A DNA stretch of 59,373 nucleotides, the filler included, from Asterionella formosa (Eukaryota): NCBI GenBank assembly GCA_002256025.1. It is 10 parts of 10 records of this genome, joined end to end, with 100 filler letters (N's around TTAATTAATTAA, not from the genome) between each part and the next. Parts side by side here need not be neighbours in the genome. Positions count along the whole stretch, not along the records: positions 35,738 to 41,579 come from NKIB01012911.1; positions 41,680 to 47,514 come from NKIB01012912.1; positions 47,615 to 53,434 come from NKIB01012913.1; 7 more parts are not named here. The stretch is one strand, 5' to 3'. Under the pieces are notes generated by a model, which made no database searches, was not told where the DNA came from, and saw only the letters and a list, made by a program, of their open reading frames with translations. Positions 36,248-47,791 of the stretch are shown in pieces. Each line of letters begins with the position of its first letter. The stretch's first letter is position 1. The translations under genes and the position numbers were made by a program.

Positions 36248-36373
36248 ATGATAATGACCCCAACACTGAACAACGATGCGCAAAAGCGGACTCCCAGAAC
36301 GCCGAAACAAACGTTGCTCGCTGGCCAGCAGTTTTCCCTTCGAATATTACAACAATCAACCGATGAAGGCTAC

Positions 36374-36693
36374 TGAAGAGGCTACGTGGGTCTGATAAAC
36401 CGACTAATTCTCCTATCAAACAGGCGATGGGGAGAATACTGAACCTAATGTTGCAATTAGCGCTATCGAAGGGTACCACATAAAAGAAGTAATCACAAAG
36501 CAATATCCAACACAACTTGTTGGATGGGAAAAACTCGACATATTCCAGACAAGGATTACCCACTCAAGGATGACCAAAATGCACGCTGGTCATACAGGCC
36601 GCTAGTACCAGGCGCCTGCATGTCACAAGACAGACCTCGCAGGAATACACCTAACGGTTTCCCCGTTGAGCATACGCCTGAGACACCCTGACA
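36374..36693 (-). mobile_element. Putative 5' LTR (320 bp, TGTCA...CTTCA)
   Basis: Minus strand begins TGTCAGGG and ends CTCTTCA upstream of the gag-like ORF. The second LTR is not in the window. Confidence 0.4.
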
Positions 36694-36816
36694 TATATAC
36701 CCAGAATTTACCATCCATTTCACTTAAAAAACTCAAATATAAGAGGTTGCCTTCCTTTCCAAGCTACCGGTACATCGGTAGTCTTGCCTACTTCTTCTGA
36801 AATCCATAGACACGGC

Positions 36817-37767
36817 ATGGCACCCTTCATCCAGATTGTATTACTGAGCAGCTTCGTTATCATTTGCGAAGTTCTTCGAACCTATGTGAGCGTTTGCAAC
36901 ACTGACTCGTTCGTTCCAGAGGCAAAGTTGCTGCCGTTCCTTGATTTACCTGCACAAGTCCCTGCATCCTATCGACTAGCAAAAGAGGAGAGCTTTGGAT
37001 TCTTTGATTATGTTTCTGACTACGAATGGAAAGAACTGAAAGATGTTGCGCGGTCCTTCGTTCATCAACATCCAAACGTTTCAACGGAGACGGTTCCTGC
37101 CATTTGGTATTATCAAAATTACTATCCCTTCTTTACTTGCCCACATGATTTGAGACGAGTTGGTGGTCTTGGAGACGGACCCAAGTATATGTGTGATCCA
37201 CATCGATTACCTGACATGGCCAAAGCACGTCAGGATGGTGAAGCATGTCTAATCTATTCTGTAGGGAGCCGAGCTAAATTTGAATTTGAAGATGGGATAC
37301 AAGAAATTATCGGGAATGCGTGCGAGATTCATGTGTTCGATCCAAAATGGAAGGGAAGTCCTGATTTGGCTGAAAGAAATATACAATACCATCAATGGGG
37401 GTTAAAATCGAGCAATGATGTGAATTCGTCAAGTTTGAAAGGGAATTACTATTCCCTTCAAGAAATTATGGCGTCTTTGAATCACACATCTCGAGTCGTC
37501 GATGTCTTTAAGATTGACTGTGAAGGATGTGAGTGGAGCACCTATCGAGATTGGCTGAATGTAGACATACGACAATTATTGGTGGAAACGCATAGCTTGT
37601 GTGAAGATGGCATTGAAGCGTCCATTGCATTCTTCGAAGATATTCGTAACGCAGGATATGTTACCGTGTCTCGAGAGGCCAATATTCATCCTCAGGCAAC
37701 CCAGCAAGGAAATATGGGTTTTGAATGGACATTTCTTCGGTTATCCAAGAGATTTATGGGCATTTAG
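36817..37767 (+). CDS. Methyltransferase-domain protein (METTL24 / Methyltransf_22-like) with N-terminal membrane anchor
   Basis: CP..RRVGGLGDGPKYMCDP, CLIYSVGS, EIHVFDP, DVFKIDCEGCEW and QLLVETH motifs. Confidence 0.82.
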   Translation: MAPFIQIVLLSSFVIICEVLRTYVSVCNTDSFVPEAKLLPFLDLPAQVPASYRLAKEESFGFFDYVSDYEWKELKDVARSFVHQHPNVSTETVPAIWYYQNYYPFFTCPHDLRRVGGLGDGPKYMCDPHRLPDMAKARQDGEACLIYSVGSRAKFEFEDGIQEIIGNACEIHVFDPKWKGSPDLAERNIQYHQWGLKSSNDVNSSSLKGNYYSLQEIMASLNHTSRVVDVFKIDCEGCEWSTYRDWLNVDIRQLLVETHSLCEDGIEASIAFFEDIRNAGYVTVSREANIHPQATQQGNMGFEWTFLRLSKRFMGI

Positions 37768-38007
37768 TGTTGTGCTTACCAGAACATGTGCTCGCAACAT
37801 ATACATGATATCCTACGTATCGAGATTTCAATGCCTGAACCACAGTTCTGGAAGGATACAACCGTATGAATCTAGCTATTCTGCATTGATACAATTGGTT
37901 CACAATTGACTAATAATACTGCACAGAGTATCATCAGTTTTTGAAGCAAACAACAGCAAAAATCATACCAATCACTTTACAGAGACAAACTTATGATCCC
38001 AACGTTA

Positions 38008-39129
38008 TCACATGTAACAACATCGGTGTCTAAATGCAATAACAACATAACAACTAACAGCTAACACACCGATGCTGGCAAAAACAAATGGCATCGCAAT
38101 CCGCTTCAAATGCCCCCGATTCCTGAACTTGTTCATTTCATCGGTATCGCGCGATATTTTGAACGGCTGCAGTGAATGATTCAATAACACATGGGGATTA
38201 TTGCGCAATAAATGGTATATGGTGTCCAGACTGGGTTGCGAGTCTCCCACTGGCACCGCAGCTAGCATGAAAGGTAGTAATTGAGTCCACTGTTCGGCGA
38301 GAACGCCAGCATCTGGATGGGCTTGAAAGAGGGCTTGGACACCACCATACCAGGTATGACCATTTCGAATGGCTCGATGCAATACAAGTTGTTGGTTGAA
38401 GGGACAATAAATGGCATCGGGACACATCTTTAGCAAAGCTTTTATTACTTTTAGTTCTCGCGGTTTGTAGCGACGCCTCATTTGTGGGGACCACTTCGTT
38501 TTTCCAGTCGCAACATGCAGAGGCAGTCGACCAAGCGGATCTTTTTCTTGCACTTGATGATGGCATCGACGAAGGACTTGATCCAGTACTTGGCTTGGGC
38601 ACCCCAAACTTCCCAGGCTGACTGCAGCATGAACTAGCAAGAGTTGCCCTTCCTGATTGACAAGATTCTGTGCTCTGGCAACGCCACGCAATAAAACATT
38701 CATTTTTCCCCATTTTTCTTCTTCGTCGCTTTCTTCGTCGTCTTGTTCGAATCCGTCACACAGAGCAACAAGTGGAGTCTTCCCCCAACGTGTGTGAAAG
38801 AGGGACATTTGTGGATTAGCGTCGACCAGAATGGTCAAAACTTGGATGCTGGTACGGTATCGGCATGCAATATGTAGAGGTACATCCTTATTCTTGGATT
38901 GCATAATTTTCAAGGCCCGGGGAAATGCATCTATGAGAGCTTTGATGGCTTGTGCTGGCGGCGAATGTTGACAGGCGCAGTACAAGGGAGTTTCGATCCA
39001 TTCTCCATCAAGAAATGAAGCGTCTTGTGGCCGCAGTTGAGCATGACGAATGACGGCCTCCCAGTTCATGTCCATGACAAGGTCCAACAGCTCGCTGCAT
39101 GGCCGCTCTCCACTCTCTCTTGTCATCAT
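38008..39129 (-). CDS. Ankyrin-repeat-like protein with C-terminal hydrophobic anchor
   Basis: TPLYCAC, VPLHIAC, GKTPLVAL, GRLPLHVA and LPFMLAA...IYHLLR.NP motifs of the expanded diatom ankyrin-like family. Confidence 0.8.
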   Translation of the reverse strand: MMTRESGERPCSELLDLVMDMNWEAVIRHAQLRPQDASFLDGEWIETPLYCACQHSPPAQAIKALIDAFPRALKIMQSKNKDVPLHIACRYRTSIQVLTILVDANPQMSLFHTRWGKTPLVALCDGFEQDDEESDEEEKWGKMNVLLRGVARAQNLVNQEGQLLLVHAAVSLGSLGCPSQVLDQVLRRCHHQVQEKDPLGRLPLHVATGKTKWSPQMRRRYKPRELKVIKALLKMCPDAIYCPFNQQLVLHRAIRNGHTWYGGVQALFQAHPDAGVLAEQWTQLLPFMLAAVPVGDSQPSLDTIYHLLRNNPHVLLNHSLQPFKISRDTDEMNKFRNRGHLKRIAMPFVFASIGVLAVSCYVVIAFRHRCCYM

Positions 39130-39834
39130 TGTCAGAGAATCAAATCAGAGTCAATACAAAAGACCGGTACTGGCATGAATACCGGCCGGTACCGGGTATT
39201 CGAAGTACCAGGTACTGGTAGAAATTTTGTTCCATCATTGATGCAAACATCATACTACATGAAAAGATATCGCAGTACCAGGTACAGTACTTATGTTTGT
39301 ACTACGTACCAGTATGTGTGAGAATATGCACTGAGTGTTACTACCGGTACCGGTATTTCATCGTGACTCGGCAACGAAAGTCTCGTGACTAAACATTCTG
39401 CGGACTGTCGGCCAGACCAGCCTTTATCCACCACCATTGTTCTTCCTCCAACAAAGATAAATGCATCATCGCTTGTTGATGGCTGATTTTGAGGAATTCA
39501 CAAAGCAAAAGTGAATAAAATATGTCAATGAATATAATGTGTCCTGCTTTTTGATGCCTTGTTAGTACTACGAGTACATTGTACGTGTTTCCATACCGTT
39601 ATGTATCTACGGTAGCCTCGTCCCAAATATTTTGCAGCCTCGATGATCTGCTCGTTCGATCATGATTCTATGCATAAAAATGTTCTTCCAGCTCCATCAT
39701 ATGGTCGTTCAATAGCAAATACTAAAAGCCCGAATTGCACGCGTTGTCCACCGCAGGGAATCACAGCTTGTCTTGAAGGCTCTCTCGCTGTCCCTGCATT
39801 CTGTTCCAGCGACGAACTGATCCTGATTCGCAAG

Positions 39835-41579
39835 ATGAAGACGGCACGTATTACACGACTTTTTGTGAAATGCTTAATGGTGCCTCTATTACTTTCTTCA
39901 AACACCGCGTTTGTACCGCTTGCAAGTCAACGGCGAAGCTCAATACTGCCTCGGTCGTCATCAAAATGCTCCAATTCGAAGAGCTCCTTGTCAGTACAAA
40001 CCGCACCTACGAGGACATTTGAGCGCAGATTGCCAATGGACGATTCAAGAACTGTCACTGAAATTCTCTGGTCCTATGTTTACAACATCCACAAAGCCAT
40101 TACCAACAACGGAGACGTCACCAAACCAATCAAATCGCTTGTCTACTTTTTACAGAACCCACCTAGCCTGGTGGGCGACGACCAAGCACTCCTTATAGAA
40201 GCGCTGGAACGATCCATGGTTCAGTCAATCCGATCAGCATCCACCTCTGGAGACTATCGACTCATTCTCGCGCTGGTCAAGGCAGCGATCGGATTTTGTC
40301 AAGGAAACCAAGCGCTCTTGTCGCCTCGCATCTTTGGGGAGGCTGTAGAATCATTGTCGCGTACAGCAGCCAATGTTAACAAATTGAAGCAAGTGTGGAA
40401 ACTAGCCGTCGAGCATCCTCACTTATTATCATGTCCACTCGGGGCCTTTGAATTGAATACAATGCTCAAGGCATTGGGCAGTCGACAGAAATTAAAAGCG
40501 GCGCTAGAGCTATATCAAACGTCTGGCATACAAGGAGATGCATATACAGCCAGCACTCTGTTGAACCTCCTCACGGAGTCCATTGTGGATGAACAGGCAG
40601 TCACGAACAATTGGAAAGAAGGAAAATCGCCATGTTGGCAATTTGAAGAGGGCATGAAAGTACTCAAGTCGTGTGTTGAACCCAACAATATTGTTTGCTG
40701 TGCAGCCCTGCGCTTGAACGAACGAGCGACTTTGGTATTTGGATCCTCTGGACGACGACACTTTGGATCTCAGGCCGCCATGGATTTATTGGAGTATATG
40801 AAATTTGTCAGATTATCACCCGATATTGTAACGTGCAGCACTATCATGAGCACTTTTGATAAGGGATACCAGTGGAAAGCAGCACTGTCGTTGTTACATG
40901 CCATGGAACAGTCCGTTCAAACTGAGAAATGGGCCTTTCCAGTACCCAACGTGTATGCCTACTCGTCCGCCATTTCGGCGTGTGCGCGCTGCAATGAATA
41001 TGACACGGCATTGGAATTATTGAATCGGATGAGAAATTTTACAGAACCAAACACGTGGGTCTACAACGCAGCACTTTCTGCGTGTGTCTCGTCGAGCCGA
41101 AAAAGTAGACAGAATCGAATCCAAATGGCGTTGTCGCTGTTGCAAACAATGCAACAACTGCATGACAAAGAGGGACTTGATACCGAACCTGATACTGTCA
41201 GTTACAACACTGCTCTTTCTGTTATGGATGAGTTTGGTACCGTCTTGAGAGACGAACAAGGAAGAGTTGTTCTGGAGTATTTCGAGAAAGGAAAGGAACA
41301 AGAATGGTCGAACACAGATGATGCGGCGAGTGAATTGTTGCATCAAATGCGACGAAACCGCATTCCAAGAGATGCCATGACGTATCGCAACGCAATTAAG
41401 GCATCGATCAGCAATAGCGTTGCCATCTTTCGTATGCTTGATTGGGCGGCACAAGATGTGGCCAGCGACCAGCTTGCCACGACGAAGTTGTCTGGGCGAG
41501 CAGCTGAAGGAATGAGATTTATTTTCAATGCAGCATTGTCTGTCTTTGCACTCCGAGGCGACTTGGATTTGATTTCACG
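39835..41579 (+). CDS. Pentatricopeptide repeat (PPR) protein, plastid-targeted, 3' truncated
   Basis: PPR motifs PDIVTCSTIMS, PNVYAYSSAISACAR, PNTWVYNAALSAC and PDTVSYNTALS. Signal peptide ends NTA|FVP (ASAFAP-like). Confidence 0.9.
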
Positions 41580-41810
41580 NNNNNNNNNNNNNNNNNNNNN
41601 NNNNNNNNNNNNNNNNNNNNNNNTTAATTAATTAANNNNNNNNNNNNNNNNNNNNNNNNNNNNNNNNNNNNNNNNNNNNCTTAATAGTCGCGTTGTCGCT
41701 ATATTAATTTCTCAGCTTCGACTCCTTCGATTCGCATCGCGTGGTTTTTCTAGTGCGTCCGGTGCTCGTCTGGTATAACTCCATCGCGTCTGTCCTTGTC
41801 CGTAATCTAA

Positions 41811-41898
41811 AAGTTGCGGTCATTTTGCTTTAACTAACATTGTAATCTAGGATAAAGATAGCTAAATCTTTAGTTTCAGCAAAATAACCGCAACTTGC
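41811..41898. repeat. ~90-bp hairpin/MITE-like unit; inverted homolog at 49637-49726
   Basis: AAGTTGCGGTCATTTT...AAAATAACCGCAACTT termini. The interior is the reverse complement of 49637-49726. Confidence 0.65.
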
Positions 41899-42722
41899 TC
41901 TGGTACCTAGGTACCTGGTACGATACCGGTAGTTCTACAAGGTCGCCTACCGATATGGCTGGACGGTACATATTATGTATGATGAGATACCGGTACCAGT
42001 AGCGCATGGAGCGACTTTTCTTGGACTTGCTCATGATCCAGCCAACACTCTGCTGTAGGACCAGCTACCTGGTACCTGGTACCAGGTAGCATCTACAAGC
42101 CCTGTGTACCAGGGCGTACTTGGTACCCTGGTGCCAGGTACAACACTTACCAGAAGAGTTGACTGCTGATGGTCGCTCCCGGCACATACCGGTACACATG
42201 GTGTCGGTGCTGCCTTTTCGGAGCCACAAAAAATTTCCAAAAGATGCACCATCGTCAGTCCATGTGCGTATGTACGAAAGCACACTTTTACCGGTGGCTG
42301 GTGCGTAACATATCATGAGCCCTAGGCTAAACATAAGAATGGGCTACATGGCATAATGGCTGTACATTCAGTATTCTAATACTCCATACTATGCTGCGGA
42401 GTACATACCGGTAATTAGCTAATCAAATGACACTACCGGTGCATACGACCTGGTACCAGGTACCTGGTACCAGGTCCCTAGTACGAGGAGTCTAGTACCA
42501 GGTACCAGGTAAGAAACCATGTCACATCAAAAAAAAATGTTAAGAAGAAAAGGCAACAATAGCTCTATGCAGTAACTACATAACATGCAAAGCAATACCG
42601 GGTACATGAATTCCCTTTTGAAGTGCCGTATGTCAATACAACATCGGCATCATAAATTCCTATTACTCTCTGCGGCCAACGATCACGACTGAAGTCTCAT
42701 CGCACACTCGAATGCATTCACA

Positions 42723-44660
42723 ATGAGACATCTTGGACAAGTAATGCGCATAAAAATTCTGCAGAAGCTTTCCAGGCTTTCGTCTGAGTCGACAGGGAAG
42801 CTTCCATTGCGGCAGCTACCTTCTACGCGCCGCTACATCACGGCGACTGCAGCTTACGACCAGTCTATCGATACGTTCCCGTCCATCATAGTGGGTCCCA
42901 ACAAGTCCATTGTACCTCTGGGATCTTTTGCAGAAGCACAGGCTCAGGTAAGCCTATCTTATCATCATCTGAGGTTGTGATTGCACCGAAGCCTCCATAC
43001 TACCGGCATTTGCTCCTGAGCTGGCGATATCAGAGCAAACTACTGGTATTGATATTGTCTTCGGGAAGATAAGACTACAGTCTAACCTTCAAACTCAAAA
43101 TTATGGAACTGCTATAAGCCCAGCAACACATTTATGCCAGGACACGGAGGAGAATTTGTCGCGATTTCATTCGTGCCGGTGCCATTTACGATTGTTGTCA
43201 ATATCGCCTCCCTCACATTTCTGGTATCCAATTTTGTGCAGTTTCTAGACCCGGATGCAGACGCTGTAGAGCGACTTGCAGGAACTCTTTTGAGCTCCAA
43301 CATGGGTGTTGTTGCACACTACTACATGGATGTCGAGCTGCAAGGGGTGCTTCATGCGGTTCAACGGTTTAGTCCCGCGCTTGCTGGTCGGGTAGGTATA
43401 GCGGATTCCCTAAAGATGGGGGATATTGCTGTCAACATGTGCAAGAATGATGGTGTAACTTCTGTGGCGTGTCTAGGTGTCGATTTCATGTCGGAAAGTG
43501 TTCAGGCCATTATGGACAAAAATGGATATGGGCATGTTCCCATCTATAGGGCTACACCAGATGCCATCGGATGTTCCTTGGCAGAGTCAGCAGAGCGAGA
43601 CTCATATCGGGCATGGCTGCACTCATCCATGAAAGGACATCAAGCACTTCACGTGGTATACATAAACACATCTCTGGAAACTAAAGCAGTCAGCTCCTCA
43701 ATCCTTCCTACGATCACTTGCACTTCATCAAATGTGCTACAAACGATGCTGCAGGCTTCAGCCCAGATAGGCCCAGAACTGAAGATTCTCTATGGCCCTG
43801 ATACATATATGGGAGAAAATCTGAGAACACTCTTTGATACCATACTAAACCACGATGCTGGAGACAATGCTTGGGATGATGATCGAATTGCAAGGGATTT
43901 GCATCCATATCATAATCGGCAGACGATCGCGACTCTTCGTGACAACTTGGAAGTTTTTCCATCTGGAAATTGTGTGGTGCATCACATGTTTGGAAACCAA
44001 GTGGTAGATACTGTTAGGCAGAGTTACGATGACTGCTACGTGACGGCTCATTTGGAAGTTCCAGGAGAAATGTTTCAGATCGCCATGGAAAAAAGTCTAA
44101 TTGGAAAGGGTGTCGTCGGATCCACGTCAGACATCCTGGGCTTCATTGCGACTAAGGTTGAAGAAGCTGCAACCAAAAAAACTGGAGAACAACGGCTGAA
44201 GTTCATATTGGGAACAGAAGCTGGCATGGTTACTTCCATCGTGAAGAAAGTGCAGGACATTCTTGCCCTTCATGCAAGTAAGGTTGAAGCAGAGATTATA
44301 TTTCCTGTTGCATCCGAAGCTGTTATGAAAGGCGATGACACCATGGCCGTGGTTCCTGGAGTTTCTGGCGGAGAAGGGTGCAGCACAGCGGGTGGCTGTG
44401 CGACATGTCCGTTTATGAAAATGAACGACCTTGACGCACTACAAGACATTATTGACATGGTGGAACGGGCACGTGACGGATCAACTAAGGACGAGCTTCG
44501 TCTCAAGGCACATTTACCACCTGATCGATTGCGCGGCAAACAGATTGGGGGCGTTTCTGCCTTGGATTTGGGAACAGAGTCGATCCTGTACATGCGGGAA
44601 TTCATGGTGAGCAAGACTTTGCCTGAAGAATTGATCCAAAAGATCCGTTCGGGGTCTTAA
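42723..44660 (+). CDS. nadA: Quinolinate synthase (plant/algal type); exons 42723-42947 and 43242-44660
   Basis: A phase-0 GT-AG intron joins GSFAEAQAQ|FLDPD. Motifs GVVAHYYMD, GVDFMSE, GCSLAE, YINTSLETKA, CTSSN, CVVH, AHLEVP, GSTSDI, GTEAGM and CPFMKMN (three Fe-S cysteines). Confidence 0.92.
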
Positions 44661-45288
44661 AGAATCCCTAAAAAATGTTTAAGCCAACTCGCATAGAAAA
44701 CTGTGCTTTTTTAGGATGATAAGGCTTTTTTCTTTGCCGTAGACACCAGACCGTTTACGTTTATATATCAAAGGGATGGGAGTGTCAAGAAATCATCATG
44801 ATTGCTTACAAAATGAACATCAATCAATTTACAGCGTTACGAAGAGACGACATGCTGATACGTGTTACCACCAGGTACCTGGTACCAGGTACCAGGCTTC
44901 TGCCGGTCGTTTTCATGGGACTCGACTCAAGTGACTCACAGTCGCTCCCAAGTACCGTGCGACCATTTTATGTAACCATACTAGATACGGGTACATGGAT
45001 AAAGTATACCATTCATAATTCCTAAGAGTACCACAGGGTACCTGGTTTTATCTTCACAGCCGTCCGTGTGATACGTCGCGTCATTCATCATCATGTGGCA
45101 GGTAACAACAATATCTTCACACCGACCCTCATTTGTACAATCGTCATGTCTGTCCTGGACTGAATTTTGCGATCTCCATTTTCAAACATACGACTAGTGT
45201 CAGATATCCCATCGTTGCTTCAGCAAACTGCTAGATTCGCATCCCTGTACGCCTTTCGTCGCTTGTATCTATAATCAGCCCTTGAACT

Positions 45289-46661
45289 ATGCTGCGGTTG
45301 TCAAGAAAGGGCGTTGACAAGTTGCTAGCGAAAAGTAAGCGAAGATGATTATGTTAAGTAATCAATGAGCAACGCTCTCGTCAAGTGTGGCATCACTCAC
45401 TCCATTGTTACAGGCAACTTTGCTAGTTTTCATTCCACCTCATTAATTCTGGACAACAACCATGGTGCTGGAGCAGGAATAGGTAATGTCAAGGATCGAA
45501 TGATGCCTACTTGCCGAAAGGCGTTTGAAGATCTTTTTTGCCACACAAAGTCGCCAAAAACTGTATCGATCATTGGGTGAGTCAAAATAGTACGAGCATT
45601 CTAGAATATCTTGAATACGTTGTGACTAACGCCATCGATTTCTGGATGTATAGGGCTCCAATGACATATGGCCAACCGTATGTTGGAACGGTAAGTCTAT
45701 CGTGATTGCTTGTGATCAAAAATCTGGCGTTCGCTCACACAAATGAACAATAACACACACATATATATATATATACAAACGAGCAAAGGATGGTAGCCCC
45801 CAACTTCTTCGTGAAGCTGGTTTGCGGCATATGCTAACTGCACTAGGTTGGAGAGTCAACGATTTGCACGATATTGACTTTGAAAAGATTGCCAGAGATT
45901 GGAAGGGAGAAAACATCCCTGGCGCACGCAATTGTGGAATTGTCGGAACGTCAAACGAACACCTCGCTGATGTGGTCGAATCTCAGATTCGCGCGGGAAA
46001 CTTTACATTGACTCTAGGTGGTGACCATTCCATTGGAATCGGATCTTTGGCTGGTATTTTGAGAGCGCAACCGAACACTGGTGTGTTGTGGATTGATGCC
46101 CATGCTGATCTCAACAACCCTGACATGTCGGACAGTGGAAATATGCACGGAATGCCAGTAGGTATGTTGATGGAAGGCGTTGCACCTGATCACAGTAAAC
46201 TTCCTGGCTTGGAATGGTTGGCCAACGGACCCAGACTCCAACCTAGTCAGATTGTTTATATTGGTTTGCGCGATGTGGATGCTCCGGAACGTGCTGCTAT
46301 ACGCAACTTGGGAATTACGGCATTCACTATGTACGACGTGGACCGTTATGGAATTGGAAACGTCATGGAGATGGCGTTGGATCATTTATTGAAGGACGAT
46401 GCCAATCGGCCGTTGCACATGAGCTATGATATCGACGCTGTCGATCCCATTCTCGCTCCAGCTACTGGAACTACCGTTCGTGGGGGACTGACCTTCCGCG
46501 AAGCTCATTTTGTGGCCGAATACGTCGCGGCCAGCGGAAACCTGGCAAGTGCTGAAATTGTCGAGCTCAATCCTACGTTGAGCGATGGGGAAGGAGCCAA
46601 GGAAACAGTGGAACTCGGCCTCCACATTGTCACATCCATGTTGGGTCAATCTCTAATCTAA
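45289..46661 (+). CDS. Arginase; exons 45289-45334, 45414-45576, 45654-45690, 45789-46661
   Basis: Three GT-AG introns keep frame (SIIG|APMTYGQPYVGT|DGSPQLLR). Mn-binding motifs GGDHS, DAHAD, SGNMHGMP, DIDAVDP, GGLTFRE and ELNP. Confidence 0.93.
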
Positions 46662-46749
46662 ATTGTAACATCTTCTGGAAGTCAAAACTTGTAGCTCGTA
46701 GTTTTTCCATAATGAGATATAATAATAGAGATAATCCTGGAGACAACCG

Positions 46750-46843
46750 CCAATTCTATGCTTAAAACTAGTGGCAGGGCAAGAGACTATAGTTGACAAT
46801 TCTATGCTTTGCTTGGAACTAGTGGCAGGGCAAGAGACTATAG
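46750..46843 (+). repeat. ~45-bp tandem duplication in the arginase 3' region
   Basis: CAATTCTATGCTT...AACTAGTGGCAGGGCAAGAGACTATAG occurs twice. Confidence 0.85.
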
Positions 46844-47162
46844 ATGAAAATGAAACAATACACACGTGTATGTAAGTGAACCCTACATATGTGAGGAACC
46901 TGTTGGGAACAGCAGGAGGTTTACAAGAGGTTTACTATACCAGAAGTGGTAACCTCGTACTCCAGTACCAGACTACCAGTAGATGAGGTTGTTACAAGCA
47001 AGCAGGTGCATGGCTCCTGATACCCGGAGATCCTGGTCCAGTTTCACGTACTTGTATGTTGACTCGGTACTTGGTAGGTACCTGGTACCGAAAATCAAAC
47101 TGCCTGTAGTACCTGGTGTTGGTACCATATACCGGTTACTCCGTATATCCTACCAAGATTCC

Positions 47163-47460
47163 TGTAAGTGCTTAATTCCCGTGAGTACTGGTCCCTCTAC
47201 AGCTAGTTAATTACTACTTTAGAATCTCAGTTCCTTGTTAATGTAGCTGCCGCTGGCATCCGTTGCAAGCGTTTCTCCCTCTCAACACACACAGGTTACT
47301 GATCCCTTCCCAGACTTCCCTCCATCATGCGATCTCCATCGCCTCATGATGCCAATGACACTGATGCAGCTGCATTCAGTGGCGAATTGGCTGCATGGCA
47401 ACAACACAATGCTGGTGCATTATTTCCCCATCCCCATGGTGAACTTTTGGTGGCACCGCT
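47163..47460 (+). mobile_element. Degenerate Copia 5' LTR end, PBS and gag start, related to the element at 53535-54251
   Basis: CA|GGTTACTGATCCCTTC matches CA|GGTTATTGATCCCTTC. ORF start MRSPSPHDAND compares with MRSTSPDANQD. Confidence 0.6.
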
Positions 47461-47514
47461 TAACCCTAACCCTAACCCTAAACCCTAACCAGAACCCTAA
47501 CCAGAACCCTAACC
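47461..47514 (+). repeat. Telomere-type (CCCTAA)n repeat with CCAGAA variants at contig end
   Basis: TAACCCTAACCCTAACCCTAAACCCTAACCAGAACCCTAACCAGAACCCTAACC. Confidence 0.85.
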
Positions 47515-47791
47515 NNNNNNNNNNNNNNNNNNNNNNNNNNNNNNNNNNNNNNNNNNNNTTAATTAATTAANNNNNNNNNNNNNNNNNNNNNNNNNNNNNN
47601 NNNNNNNNNNNNNNTTTGTGCCGATGAAGCAACCAATGGACTCTTCAACTAGGCATATTGAACCACACTTGCACACCATGTTAGTTATAATAGTACTAGT
47701 TCTTAGCATTGCACAAAACATTCAAAAACATATTGTTCAATTCCTCATAAACCCATGGAGTGAAATGATTAGCATCCCAAAAGACACTACT

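Noticed and set aside
43134..43241. N-terminal extension of the 508-aa nadA ORF
   Set aside because: This is intron sequence that happens to be in frame. The true N-terminus is exon 42723-42947.
47461..47514. Genuine chromosome end
   Set aside because: The C-rich strand at the right-hand end is the wrong orientation for a terminal telomere.
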